Below, in pieces: positions 26,478 through 37,200 of a stretch of DNA of 64,000 bases. The DNA is from a virus, in IMG/VR virus record IMGVR_UViG_3300020419_001178, positions 81,742 to 145,741 of that record. One strand, given 5' to 3'. The notes beneath the pieces were generated by a model. The model was not told where the DNA came from and did not search any database. It saw only the letters and a list, made by a program, of their open reading frames with translations. Position 1 is the first letter of the stretch; every line of letters begins with the position of its first letter. The translations under genes were made by a program, and so were the position numbers.

Positions 26478-29400
26478 ATGGTACAAGTAGCCCGTATAGC
26501 TGGTCAGCTTTTACAAGACAACTTACAACGTGAACTTGCCGATTTGGCATTTGACACTGATCTATTGGTTGTAAAAAGAGATAATACTCTTGGAATTAAT
26601 ACAACAACAACTCCTAGAAATTTAACAATTAACGGTACAATGCGTACAGCATCCGGAACATCGGATCCAGATATTATATTTGGTAACAGTTTAAGTGTAG
26701 GAAATTTAACATTAGCTACTACGGGTATATCAACACCAAGTGGCAATGTAGAACTAAAATCAACGCATCCATCAGGATATATTAAAACAAACGGAATAGG
26801 TAGTTATAACTTTGCTGTTAGAGATGACGGAATTAAAGCATTACAAACCAATGGTGGTGTAGGATTAAGATCAGAAGTTTATGACGGACAAACAGCAGTA
26901 TGGAATGCCAATGGCAATTATGGAAACTATTGGTACCCAGGTCCAATTAATTCTGCTAGTTCACTACCAAACGATGGCACAAGGTTATACGATATCGCAG
27001 ACTCTATTAGATTAAGAGGAGCTCCATTTACAGCAGAAGAACTTGAAGTATTTGACTGGGACAATGACGGAGATATTCAAGCTGATGATGTTTTAAAAAC
27101 TGGCACATTAAATACAGCATATTCTAGTGGAACAGCATTTCCTGCTTCAAGAACACTTGCCGACCATCCTAGACCTGACAAATTAAAAGCATATATAGAA
27201 TCTGTATTACCTAGAAGTGCTCCTAGAAAATTACAACTTACAACTGGTGGAACACTTACAGTAACAGGTAACGTACATGCTACTGGCAATATTACATACG
27301 GTGGTACAAGTATTACTATTGGTGATGATTCAACAGATACAGCTAAATTTTTTAGTGACTTTCATAATGATATAGAACCAGATCAAGATAATGTTTTTCA
27401 TATAGGAAAAGATGATGACAGTACTGGTGGAGCAAAGAGATTTAGAATTAATGTTAATACGTTGGTTGCTGACACAGTACAAGCGAACGGATTGATTTAT
27501 CAAGGAATTGAAGTTTCTAAAAACGTTGGACTTATTTTTGTATCTAATGGTAATGGTAAAGATACCAATGAAGGAACAAGTCCAGGAGGACCTTTTGCTA
27601 CAATCACTAAAGCGTTAAGCATAGCAAATGAAAATTCAATAATTTATATCTATCCTGGAACGTACCAAGAAGCATTTCCAATGACAGTTCCAAGAGGAGT
27701 AACGATCCAAGGTGATAATATTAAAAATGTAGAAATTATTCCTACATCTGCTACACAAAGCAATGACTGTTTTAAACTCAATGCTGATGCTACAATAGAA
27801 AATATTACAATAAAAGATTTTTATTATGATTCAGGAAATGATAAAGGATACGCTTTTAGACTAGCAGACAATTATACAATAGGTATTATTAATCAAGAAA
27901 TAGGTAGATCTCCTTACATTAGAAATTGTACAGTGATTACAAAAGGTACTACAACATCCGCATCAGATCCTAGAGGATATGCTAGTGGTGACGCTGGTAG
28001 AGGAGCAATGATAGACGGTGGAGTTGTACAACAAACAAGTAGGTCAGCTAGTATGTTATTCCACGCTGTAACCTTTATTACGCCAGGAGTTACAGGACTT
28101 GTAGCTAAAAGTGGAGTAAGAGTTGAATGGTTAAACAGCTTTACATATTTTGCTGAAACAGGACTAAAATTAGAACAAGGCTCAGGAAGACTACAAGCTG
28201 ATAATACAACTGCTTATGGTTGTGAACTTAGAAGTATTGCTAGTGCTAACGTATATGGTAACAAAGGATTAGTAGCAGACGGTGCCGCTAATCTTGCGTA
28301 TTTGATAAATCATAATTTTGCGTACATAGGAGCAGGAAAAAATGTCACTAATGATAATACACTTACTATACAAGCTAATGAGGTTATTACGACAAATAAT
28401 GCTAAAGCGTATTACACAACACAAGATCAAAGAGGAAATTATAGAGTAGGAAATAACTTTTTAGTTGACTTAGAAAATGGTAGAACAAGTTTTGATATTG
28501 AAAGTATATTTGCTTCTAATTCTACAGTAAGAATAAAAGACGATAACGGAACAGTAACATTGTCACCAGGTCAGATAGCAATGGATAATATATACATCCA
28601 AGGAAACACAATCGAAGCTACAAGGTCAGCTTTAGATTTTAATAGTACTGGTACAATTCAATTTCAAGACAATGTAACAATGCCGAGTACTACTATGACA
28701 GGTAATTTTACTATAGGTGGATCTTTAAATACAATTGGTAATTCACCAAGCGATACAGTTGACTTTAATACTCCTATTAGCCAAGCATTTATACCAGGAG
28801 ATACCGAAGGTCAAAAATTAGGTACACCTACAAATAGATGGGCCGAATCAAACACGGTATCTGCTAATATAAACACTATAACAATTGGAACAGGACAGAT
28901 TAGCACAAATGAAACTAATGCTGATTTAAATTTACAAAGCACAGGTACAGGAAAAATTAAATTTGATAATGTTAGATTCAAAAGCAATATAGTTGATTCA
29001 AGCACAGGTGATCTTGTTTTTAAACCAACCACTGAATTAAAGATTGATGCTACAGGTGAACTTAGATTACCAAAAGGAGAAACAGCCCAACGTCCTTCCA
29101 CACAAGGTGGAGTAAGATTTAACACAAATTTCAACGGCTTTGAAGGAACATCCGTAAGCGGATCTGTTAGCTTACAAGGTATATATGATTCAGACAGAGA
29201 TACTTATTTAGACTTGTCAAACAATCAATTTAATTTTGTAACAGCAGGACAAACTAATCATACTCTTAACGGAACGTTACTTGAAAGTAAAGGATTTAGT
29301 TCAGATCATAAATTATCTATAGATGGAAATGTTGTGTCTACTGATCAACAAGATGGAACATTCCAACTTAAATCTAACGGCACAGGTAAAACAGTTATTG

Positions 29401-29708
29401 GCGATTTACAATTTCAAGAAAGTAATTTGTTTAACGATTCAAACAGTAATTTTATTTTTAATTTAACAAATAATAACAATCAAGCATATCTAAAATTTGA
29501 TAATGTTAACGGATTAATTCCTCCATCAGGAAATACTGCCCAACGTCCAACAAGTCCAGAAGTTGGTAATACTAGATATAATCTACAACTAGAAAGAGTA
29601 GAAACTTGGAACGGAACTAGCTGGATAAATGCCGCAGGAGAGGTTGAAAGTATACTTTCCGGTGACGTTGAAGAATTAGCCTATTTATTCAACCTTATCT
29701 TAGATTAA
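26478..29708 (+). CDS. Large tail-fibre/appendage protein (paralogue of 29845)
   Basis: Pectin-lyase-like beta-helix region (PGTYQEAFP, SPYIRNCTV), PxGxTAQRP repeats; late promoter at 26447. Confidence 0.7.
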   Translation: MVQVARIAGQLLQDNLQRELADLAFDTDLLVVKRDNTLGINTTTTPRNLTINGTMRTASGTSDPDIIFGNSLSVGNLTLATTGISTPSGNVELKSTHPSGYIKTNGIGSYNFAVRDDGIKALQTNGGVGLRSEVYDGQTAVWNANGNYGNYWYPGPINSASSLPNDGTRLYDIADSIRLRGAPFTAEELEVFDWDNDGDIQADDVLKTGTLNTAYSSGTAFPASRTLADHPRPDKLKAYIESVLPRSAPRKLQLTTGGTLTVTGNVHATGNITYGGTSITIGDDSTDTAKFFSDFHNDIEPDQDNVFHIGKDDDSTGGAKRFRINVNTLVADTVQANGLIYQGIEVSKNVGLIFVSNGNGKDTNEGTSPGGPFATITKALSIANENSIIYIYPGTYQEAFPMTVPRGVTIQGDNIKNVEIIPTSATQSNDCFKLNADATIENITIKDFYYDSGNDKGYAFRLADNYTIGIINQEIGRSPYIRNCTVITKGTTTSASDPRGYASGDAGRGAMIDGGVVQQTSRSASMLFHAVTFITPGVTGLVAKSGVRVEWLNSFTYFAETGLKLEQGSGRLQADNTTAYGCELRSIASANVYGNKGLVADGAANLAYLINHNFAYIGAGKNVTNDNTLTIQANEVITTNNAKAYYTTQDQRGNYRVGNNFLVDLENGRTSFDIESIFASNSTVRIKDDNGTVTLSPGQIAMDNIYIQGNTIEATRSALDFNSTGTIQFQDNVTMPSTTMTGNFTIGGSLNTIGNSPSDTVDFNTPISQAFIPGDTEGQKLGTPTNRWAESNTVSANINTITIGTGQISTNETNADLNLQSTGTGKIKFDNVRFKSNIVDSSTGDLVFKPTTELKIDATGELRLPKGETAQRPSTQGGVRFNTNFNGFEGTSVSGSVSLQGIYDSDRDTYLDLSNNQFNFVTAGQTNHTLNGTLLESKGFSSDHKLSIDGNVVSTDQQDGTFQLKSNGTGKTVIGDLQFQESNLFNDSNSNFIFNLTNNNNQAYLKFDNVNGLIPPSGNTAQRPTSPEVGNTRYNLQLERVETWNGTSWINAAGEVESILSGDVEELAYLFNLILD

Positions 29709-29722
29709 TTACATAATTCACA

Positions 29723-29844
29723 TAAATAAGTATAATGCAACAATAGCAGGCCAAGCTGTTGCAGTACAAACTGTGGTTAGCCGGCAAAGAGCAAATGCTG
29801 AGAATCGGGCTAGTGGGACAGGATCCCCGTATTGAGGAGTAGAC
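29723..29844 (+). promoter_or_regulatory. Late promoter plus ~110-nt structured 5' leader
   Basis: TAAATA at 29723; GC-rich leader with TGCAACA/TGTTGCA, GTTAGCC/GGCTAGT, CTGT/ACAG or GGGA/TCCC. Confidence 0.6.
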
Positions 29845-32800
29845 ATGGCAATCGGTCGCATATCCGGTCAGCTCTTGAAGTCAAATCTAACGCGAAATGG
29901 CGTAGATTTAGCTTTTGAGACAGACCTTTTATACTTAGATGTAACAAATCGCAGGATCGGCGTAAAGACAACATCACCTCAATATCCATTAGACATTCAA
30001 GGCGTAGCAAGAGTTACAGATCTTGAAATTACAAATAACACATTCCAAGTAGGTAATATTACACTTGACGGTTCGTCAAACACAATTTCTACTTCGGCAC
30101 AAGAATTTAACATCGCAACAGCTGATAATACTATTGTAGGAAATAGAGTATTAGTTGGTGACTTAGAAATTAATAACAACTTCATTGAAAATACAAACAC
30201 AAACAGCGACTTGTTTATTAGAGCTAACGGTACAGGTACTGTTAATATAATTGGTAATACACAAGTAAATGGTAATTTACATGCTACTGGAAATATTTCA
30301 GCAGATGGAAATATTACACTTGGAGATGCTGATACAGATAGTATTTTCCTTAACGCAGATATTGCTAGTGATATTATGCCTGATGCTGACAACACTTATG
30401 ATATAGGTAAAGCTGGTAAACGTTGGGCAACTGGTAGATTTGCTAACGTGACTACTAACACATTAACAACAAACGATCTTGACTTTGGAAGTATAGACTT
30501 AATTTCTGTACCAGGAAATATAATTTATGTTGCGGCAAATGGTAGTGATACTGCTACAGGAACTCATCCGCAAGATCCTGTTTTAACAATTTCGAAAGCA
30601 TTACAACTTGCTTCACTAGGTGATACAGTATACATTTACCCTGGACAGTTCCAAGAAGCATTTCCTTTAAACGTTCCTTTAGGAGTAACTGTAAGAGGAC
30701 ATAGTTTAAGATCAGTAGAAGTATCTCCTACAAGCGGAACGCAAAGTAATGATGCTTTTGTATTACAAGGTGATTCAGCTGTTGAAGATTTAACGATAAA
30801 AGATTTTTATTATAATTCAGGAAATGATACAGGTTACGGTTTTAAATTTGCTAGTAATTTTAGAGTATATTTAAGATCTCCTTATGTGAGAAACGTAACT
30901 GTAATTACAAAAGGTACAACTACTTCAAATACAGATCCAAGAGGATTTGCCGCAGGTGACGCAGGAAGAGGTGCGTTAGTAGATGGTAGCGTAGCCAATG
31001 CTGATTCAAGAGAAGCTTCTATGTTGTTTCATGCTGTGACTTTTATTACTCCAGGGCAAACAGGATTAAAAATTACAAACGGCTCAAGAGTAGAATGGTT
31101 AAACTGTTTTACATACTTTGCTGACAAAGGTATACATATTGTAGACGGTGCGGCAGGGTTAAAAGGTGATGGAAAAACAAAAATAAAATATAGTGGAATA
31201 AGTGGATCGGCTCCAGGAGCAGGTAACACTATTACTTTATTCAATGCGGCTGGTACACAGTTAGCAACAGCTACTATAGAATCTGTATCAACTAATGAAG
31301 TGATTATCGATGGCAAGCCTACTGGATTTATTACACCTCTAAGTAGAGCAAAGAAAACTATAACAGCAATTGGAAATGCTCAAATAGTTACAACAGGTGC
31401 TATTAAGTTTGGCACAGGTATGGGATTACTAGACGGTACTGGAGATAGATTTAGCATTACAACTTCGTCAGACTTTGGGTTTGGAACTGGAGACTTTGAT
31501 GTTGAATCATGGATTTACATTTCAGATGATACAGGAACAGAAACATTATTCGACTTTAGAGCAGGAAGTGATACAGATAACGGACTACATGTTTACTTTG
31601 TTGATAGAAAACCAAAAGTATATATTGGTAACACAGAGATATTAGCACCAAATGTAACTCTTACAAACACAACTTTTTATCATGTAAGTGTAACAAGAGT
31701 TGGTACAACAATAAGTTTATTCATAGATGGATTATTACAACAAAATACTACTAACAGTACAGACTTAGGAACTACAAAACCTTTAATTATTGGATCTAAG
31801 TTTGATGGTAGCTCAAGTGATTGGCAAGGTAGAGTCGACGATATAAGAATTAGAAAAGGCACAGGGGTAAGTTCAGCGCCTGGCTCAGCTCCAACTGCGG
31901 CAAAAGTTGTTGATCAATATACAGTTTTAAAACTAGACTTTGACGGAGATAACGGTAGCCAGTCTATTGTAGATAATGATACATTTATTCAAGATATAAG
32001 ATTTAATAATGGTGCTACAGCAACAGCATTAACTTTAATTGATCAGTCCGACTTTGGAGGAGAAATTAGATCAATTGCTAGTGCAAGTGTTTACGGAAAT
32101 TATGGACTATATGGTGACGGACCAGGATGTATTGTTTATGCGATTGGAATGAATTTAGCTTACATTGGTACAGGTAAAGACGTAACAAATGATACAACAC
32201 AGGTCATACAAGCTAACGAAGTTACAGCATTAAACGGAGCAAACATTTATTTTAGTACAGTTGATCACAAAGGTGACTTTAGAGTTGGAGATTTATTTAG
32301 AGTCAATCAGTCAACAGGTGAAGTTACATTTACAAACGCAGAATTTTTATTTAATAATAACCAAGGTATTACTTTTACTGACGGAGTAAACACTACAATT
32401 ATTGACGGAACTAAAGTAGAATCTGGTGCTATAAGAATTACTGGCAATACAATATCAAGTACAAGTGGTGACATAAATTTAAACAGTTCGTCAGGAACTA
32501 TCAACTTATTAGACAATGTTGCTATAACAGGAAATTTAGATGTTACTGGAAATGTTTCCGTTGGTGGAAACATAACATTAGGTGACGAAGCTACTGATAC
32601 AATAGATATCCAAGCTAGAATAGCTAGTGATATTGTACCAAGTGTAGATAATACTTACAAATTAGGAACTAACTTATTAGCTTGGTCCGAATTAAATGTA
32701 GGTAAAGTTGTTGTTGACGATATTACAATAGATAACGACACAATCCAATCTACAGGAAGTGATGGAAGTATTAATCTTGTTCCAAACGGATCAGGAAAAG

Positions 32801-33567
32801 TTGTTATTGATAATTTAAAATTTGATTCTAATATTATTTCTAATGATGGCGGAGATATTGTTTTAGATCCTAGCAGTGAATCTGTACAGATTGACAGTAC
32901 AGGAGCACTGGTTTTACCTAAAGGAACAACAGCTCAAAGACCAGGATCTGCTATTACTGGAATGATAAGATACAATACAGACACAAACGTCTTTGAAGCA
33001 TATGACGGACAGTGGACTGAACTAGGTGGTGTATATGACGATGATAGAGATACTTATATTACACCAGAATTAACACCTGGTGCTGATGACGATACAATAC
33101 GCTTTTATGCTGGTGGATCTGTTGTAGCAGACGTAACAGCTAATAGATTTGATATTAAAAAATTAGAAGTAGATGATATATCTGTCTCAGGAAATACTCT
33201 ACAAACTATTACAACCAATCAAAACTTGGTTCTGACAGCCAATGGTGGGGGTTATGTATCCATAGAAAACTTCAGTTTTAATGGAAATCAGATAACTAAT
33301 ACTATAGACGGTGCTGTTACTACACTGAAACAGACAGGTACTGGATATTTTAAAATTGACGGTACTGGTGGATTTGTGATACCTGTAGGCACAAACGCTA
33401 ATAGACATCCAACTCCTGTAACAGGAATGATGAGATATAATAGTGTTGCTGACAGAGTTGAAATATATGACATCGGTGGTAACTGGGTATCAGTTGCTGG
33501 TTCAACTGGTGCTGTTTCGTTTAATGATGCGGAGGAAATAGCTATCAAACTTGCTTTGACAATTTAG
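29845..33567 (+). CDS. Large tail-fibre/appendage protein with an inserted LamG-like lectin domain
   Basis: Beta-helix region as in 26478, plus FGTGDFDVESWIY...GRVDDIRI LamG-like motifs. Confidence 0.72.
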   Translation: MAIGRISGQLLKSNLTRNGVDLAFETDLLYLDVTNRRIGVKTTSPQYPLDIQGVARVTDLEITNNTFQVGNITLDGSSNTISTSAQEFNIATADNTIVGNRVLVGDLEINNNFIENTNTNSDLFIRANGTGTVNIIGNTQVNGNLHATGNISADGNITLGDADTDSIFLNADIASDIMPDADNTYDIGKAGKRWATGRFANVTTNTLTTNDLDFGSIDLISVPGNIIYVAANGSDTATGTHPQDPVLTISKALQLASLGDTVYIYPGQFQEAFPLNVPLGVTVRGHSLRSVEVSPTSGTQSNDAFVLQGDSAVEDLTIKDFYYNSGNDTGYGFKFASNFRVYLRSPYVRNVTVITKGTTTSNTDPRGFAAGDAGRGALVDGSVANADSREASMLFHAVTFITPGQTGLKITNGSRVEWLNCFTYFADKGIHIVDGAAGLKGDGKTKIKYSGISGSAPGAGNTITLFNAAGTQLATATIESVSTNEVIIDGKPTGFITPLSRAKKTITAIGNAQIVTTGAIKFGTGMGLLDGTGDRFSITTSSDFGFGTGDFDVESWIYISDDTGTETLFDFRAGSDTDNGLHVYFVDRKPKVYIGNTEILAPNVTLTNTTFYHVSVTRVGTTISLFIDGLLQQNTTNSTDLGTTKPLIIGSKFDGSSSDWQGRVDDIRIRKGTGVSSAPGSAPTAAKVVDQYTVLKLDFDGDNGSQSIVDNDTFIQDIRFNNGATATALTLIDQSDFGGEIRSIASASVYGNYGLYGDGPGCIVYAIGMNLAYIGTGKDVTNDTTQVIQANEVTALNGANIYFSTVDHKGDFRVGDLFRVNQSTGEVTFTNAEFLFNNNQGITFTDGVNTTIIDGTKVESGAIRITGNTISSTSGDINLNSSSGTINLLDNVAITGNLDVTGNVSVGGNITLGDEATDTIDIQARIASDIVPSVDNTYKLGTNLLAWSELNVGKVVVDDITIDNDTIQSTGSDGSINLVPNGSGKVVIDNLKFDSNIISNDGGDIVLDPSSESVQIDSTGALVLPKGTTAQRPGSAITGMIRYNTDTNVFEAYDGQWTELGGVYDDDRDTYITPELTPGADDDTIRFYAGGSVVADVTANRFDIKKLEVDDISVSGNTLQTITTNQNLVLTANGGGYVSIENFSFNGNQITNTIDGAVTTLKQTGTGYFKIDGTGGFVIPVGTNANRHPTPVTGMMRYNSVADRVEIYDIGGNWVSVAGSTGAVSFNDAEEIAIKLALTI

Positions 33568-33578
33568 GATAAAAAGAT

Positions 33579-33908
33579 ATGGCAACAAATTTTAGAAATA
33601 TAGTAGGAAAAGAAATAGGAACGCAGAGGGTAGCGGTATATACTACACCTTCAGCGACTAGTACTACAATTATAGGAATGAATATAGCAAACTTAACTGA
33701 TTCAATGGTAAGTTGTACACTTGAATTAGGTGATGAAGCAAGTTCAATAGGAACATTAATAAGGAATATGCCCATAGCACCAAACACGGCAATGAAACCA
33801 ATAGGCAAAGGTGAAAAAATTGTTATGGACGCAAATAATGTTTTATATGTAACCGCTGATCAGACAGCATCAATTGATGTTATCCTCAGCATAGTGGAGA
33901 TAGTGTAA
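33579..33908 (+). CDS. Small beta-rich virion protein (paralogue family)
   Basis: VYTTPS...GMNIAN...GEKIVM. Confidence 0.6.
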   Translation: MATNFRNIVGKEIGTQRVAVYTTPSATSTTIIGMNIANLTDSMVSCTLELGDEASSIGTLIRNMPIAPNTAMKPIGKGEKIVMDANNVLYVTADQTASIDVILSIVEIV

Positions 33909-34267
33909 TGGCTGATACATTTTTAGGACAAAGCATTACTGATATGGTTGCCCAACTAGATCAGAGATATTTTTATGGATTAAGAAGGACTGCTGACGGA
34001 GAATTATTTATTGCCAAAGTTGATCAACTTCAAGCAAACGACAGTATTACTATTAACAAAGAAGGTGATCCGGCACAAAATTATGAGGATTTCGAACAAG
34101 GGCAAGATTTTTACGAAGGAAAAAATGTAAATCATGAAGTGGTATACACAAATCTAAATTATGAACAATTTAGATGGGATAACAGAAATATTAATTATTA
34201 CGTAGACGATGGTGGTAATCTTGTTGCTAGAATTAACGAAGGGTATACTTACCCTACAGGAGTATAA
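33908..34267 (+). CDS. Hypothetical structural protein
   Basis: Coupled ORF in fibre operon. Confidence 0.6.
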   Translation: MADTFLGQSITDMVAQLDQRYFYGLRRTADGELFIAKVDQLQANDSITINKEGDPAQNYEDFEQGQDFYEGKNVNHEVVYTNLNYEQFRWDNRNINYYVDDGGNLVARINEGYTYPTGV

Positions 34268-34290
34268 TAAATACATAAAAGGTTGAGAAA

Positions 34291-37200
34291 ATGGCAGATT
34301 TTAAGTTAAGTAGAATTAGATTTAATTGGAAGGGTAACTGGTCCGGCGGTGCTGATTATATCGTAGATGATATGATCCATTACAATGGATATACCTATGT
34401 AGCACTAAGAACACATACTTCAGCAGATTTTTATAATGATCTAGCAGGAACAGATAAAACACCCGCTCAACCAAAATGGAAAAAACAATCAGAAGGCGTC
34501 AGCTGGAAAAAAGATTGGAGTACAAGTACACTTTACTCTGTAGGAAATATTGTAAAATACGGTGCGTCAGTTTATCAATGTACTGAATCACATACTTCAT
34601 CTGGTACACTAGCATCAGGTACAGACGGACTTGTTGCTGATATAACAAAATGGACATTAGTTGCTGTTTCGTCAGCTGATTGGAAATACAACTGGACAGT
34701 AAGCACACTATATAGAATTAATGACCTTGTTAGATACAACGGTAAAGTTTACAAATGTACAGCCCAGCACGTATCTGCTGTAACTATATTACTAGGACTA
34801 GAAGCAGACCAAGCTAAATGGACAGTATTATCAGACTCGGATACTTGGAGAGCAACTTGGGCAATTGGAACAAGATATAAAGTTAATGATATTGTTAAGT
34901 ATGGTGGTATTGTATATAAATGTATCACAGGACATACTTCAGCAGACAATACTGCTTTAGGCCTAGAAGAAGATCAAGCTAAATGGGAAATACAAATTTC
35001 CGGAATTGAATACAAAAGTTTATGGACCGGCGAAGTACGTTATAAAGTAAATGACATAGTCAAGCGTGGCGGAAACTTAATGAAATGTATTGTTGGTCAT
35101 ACAGCAACTGCAGGTGATAACGGATTTCAAACAGATTATGCTACAAGTAAGTGGAGCATATATCTTCCAGGAACTGAATACGATAGTGTTTGGGATAATG
35201 GTGTTTATTATCAGTCAGGTGACCTAGTTCTTTATGGCGGATATATTTACAAAGCAGTAACTTTTAACACAAATAAACCACCAAGCCAATACACTGGTGA
35301 CTGGAACTTAACTTTTGAAGGATACAAATTTAGAGGTGACTGGAACCTAGCAGGATCAGAAGATAGTGCTGATATTAATTACTTAACTGGTGATATTGTT
35401 AGACTTACAGGTACTTTATATATTGCTATTCAAGACAGCACAAACTTACAACCAGACCAGTGGCCAACATATTGGGAAAAACTTGTAGATGGTAGAAACT
35501 TTAGAAACTTCTGGGAAGATAACACAGAATATTATCAAGGCGATATTGTAACTTGGGCTGGTACAGCGTATGTTTCACTCAAATATCATCGTTCAACTGA
35601 ATCAGCATCTAGACCAGATCTTGATGTAGAACAACCAGATAACGATTACTGGAAGTTAATGATTCTAGGTAATAGAACAAACAAACTTGCGAGAAAAGGT
35701 GATCTTAAGACATTTGAAGATCAAGATTCTACAGCAATTGACACACAAAGATTAGCTATTGGGCAAGACGGTGCCGCTTTAATTTCAACAGGTACAATGC
35801 CTGCTTGGGACTTAATTGATTTAGCAAACAATGTTTATTATGTATCTACTGATGGAATAGATGATCCAGATAGAGGTGGAACATTAAACGCACCATTTAG
35901 AACAGTGAGATACGCTACACAATATCTATTTTTAGACGAAGTGAATAGAGTAGGCACTGGAGCAACTATATCAGTTGCGGCAGGAGATTACAAAGAAGTA
36001 CTGCCAATTAGCTTACCAGCAAAGGTAGCGTTAGTTGGAGCAGAACTAAGATCAACAAGTATTAGTCCAGCCCTTAACGGAATAGATGTTGTTTTAGGAC
36101 CAAGAAATGCTAAAGGCGAACAGACAGCTTTAACAATTCCTACATTGAACGAAAGAAACGATATGTTCTATGTAAGAAATAGTTGTGGTATAAGAAGACT
36201 TACTTTAAGAGGATTGACTGGCGTATTAAGTGTAGCAAATACTTACGGAACAAAACGCCCATCAGGTGGAGCATTTGTTTCTTTAGATCCAGGTACAGGT
36301 TCTTCAGATACTGATGTTTGGATTGCTAGTAAGTCAAAAGCATACTATACACCTTCTACTGCTACATACAATCCAGCAGACGGTGTGTTTACAATGACAT
36401 TACCTACACAACAATATACTGTTACAGATGCTACATATGATCCAAAGTCAGGAGTAATGGTAGCTACAATAGGAAATCACACACTAGACGTAGGAGAAAC
36501 AATTAGAATAGCTACAGAAAGTGTTTCATTTACATGTTCTAAAGACAATTATACTTCAGTTCATGCTTATCCAAGAATAAGTGATCCAGCGGCTGGAGCA
36601 GACATAAGAATATTTGATAAATCTGCTACAACTATTTCAGTAAATGTTGGTAAGAGTAAAGATACAGATCAATATACACATAAATTTTCAAGTGCTACTA
36701 ACAACGGTATAACTTGGAATCATAATTTAAAAGTTGGTAATTCAATAGCGATTGCCGGCAATGCTTTTACTTTTACTTGTACAATGGACGGAAACACAGC
36801 ACAGAAAACATATCCAAGAGTAACAGACCCTGCTTACAATCAAAAATTAGCAATTACAGCGGTAACAACTACATCGTTCACAGTGAATGTAGGAAAGTCT
36901 AGTGCTAGTGATCAATATGCTCATACTTTTGTATCAGTTAATCCAGAATCAGTTAGCTTTGAAAGAATATCTGCGGGACGTTCACCTTACATTCAAGGTG
37001 TAACAACTATTGGAGATAATTGTGTTGGAATGAAAATTGACGGAGCATTACATAACGGCGGAAACAGATCAATCGTTGCTAACGACTTTACACAGGTATT
37101 AAGTGATGGAATTGGATACTGGGCAACAAATCTAGGACGTTCAGAGCTAGTGTCTGTGTTTACATATTACGCACACATAGGTTACCTTGCTGAAAACGGC

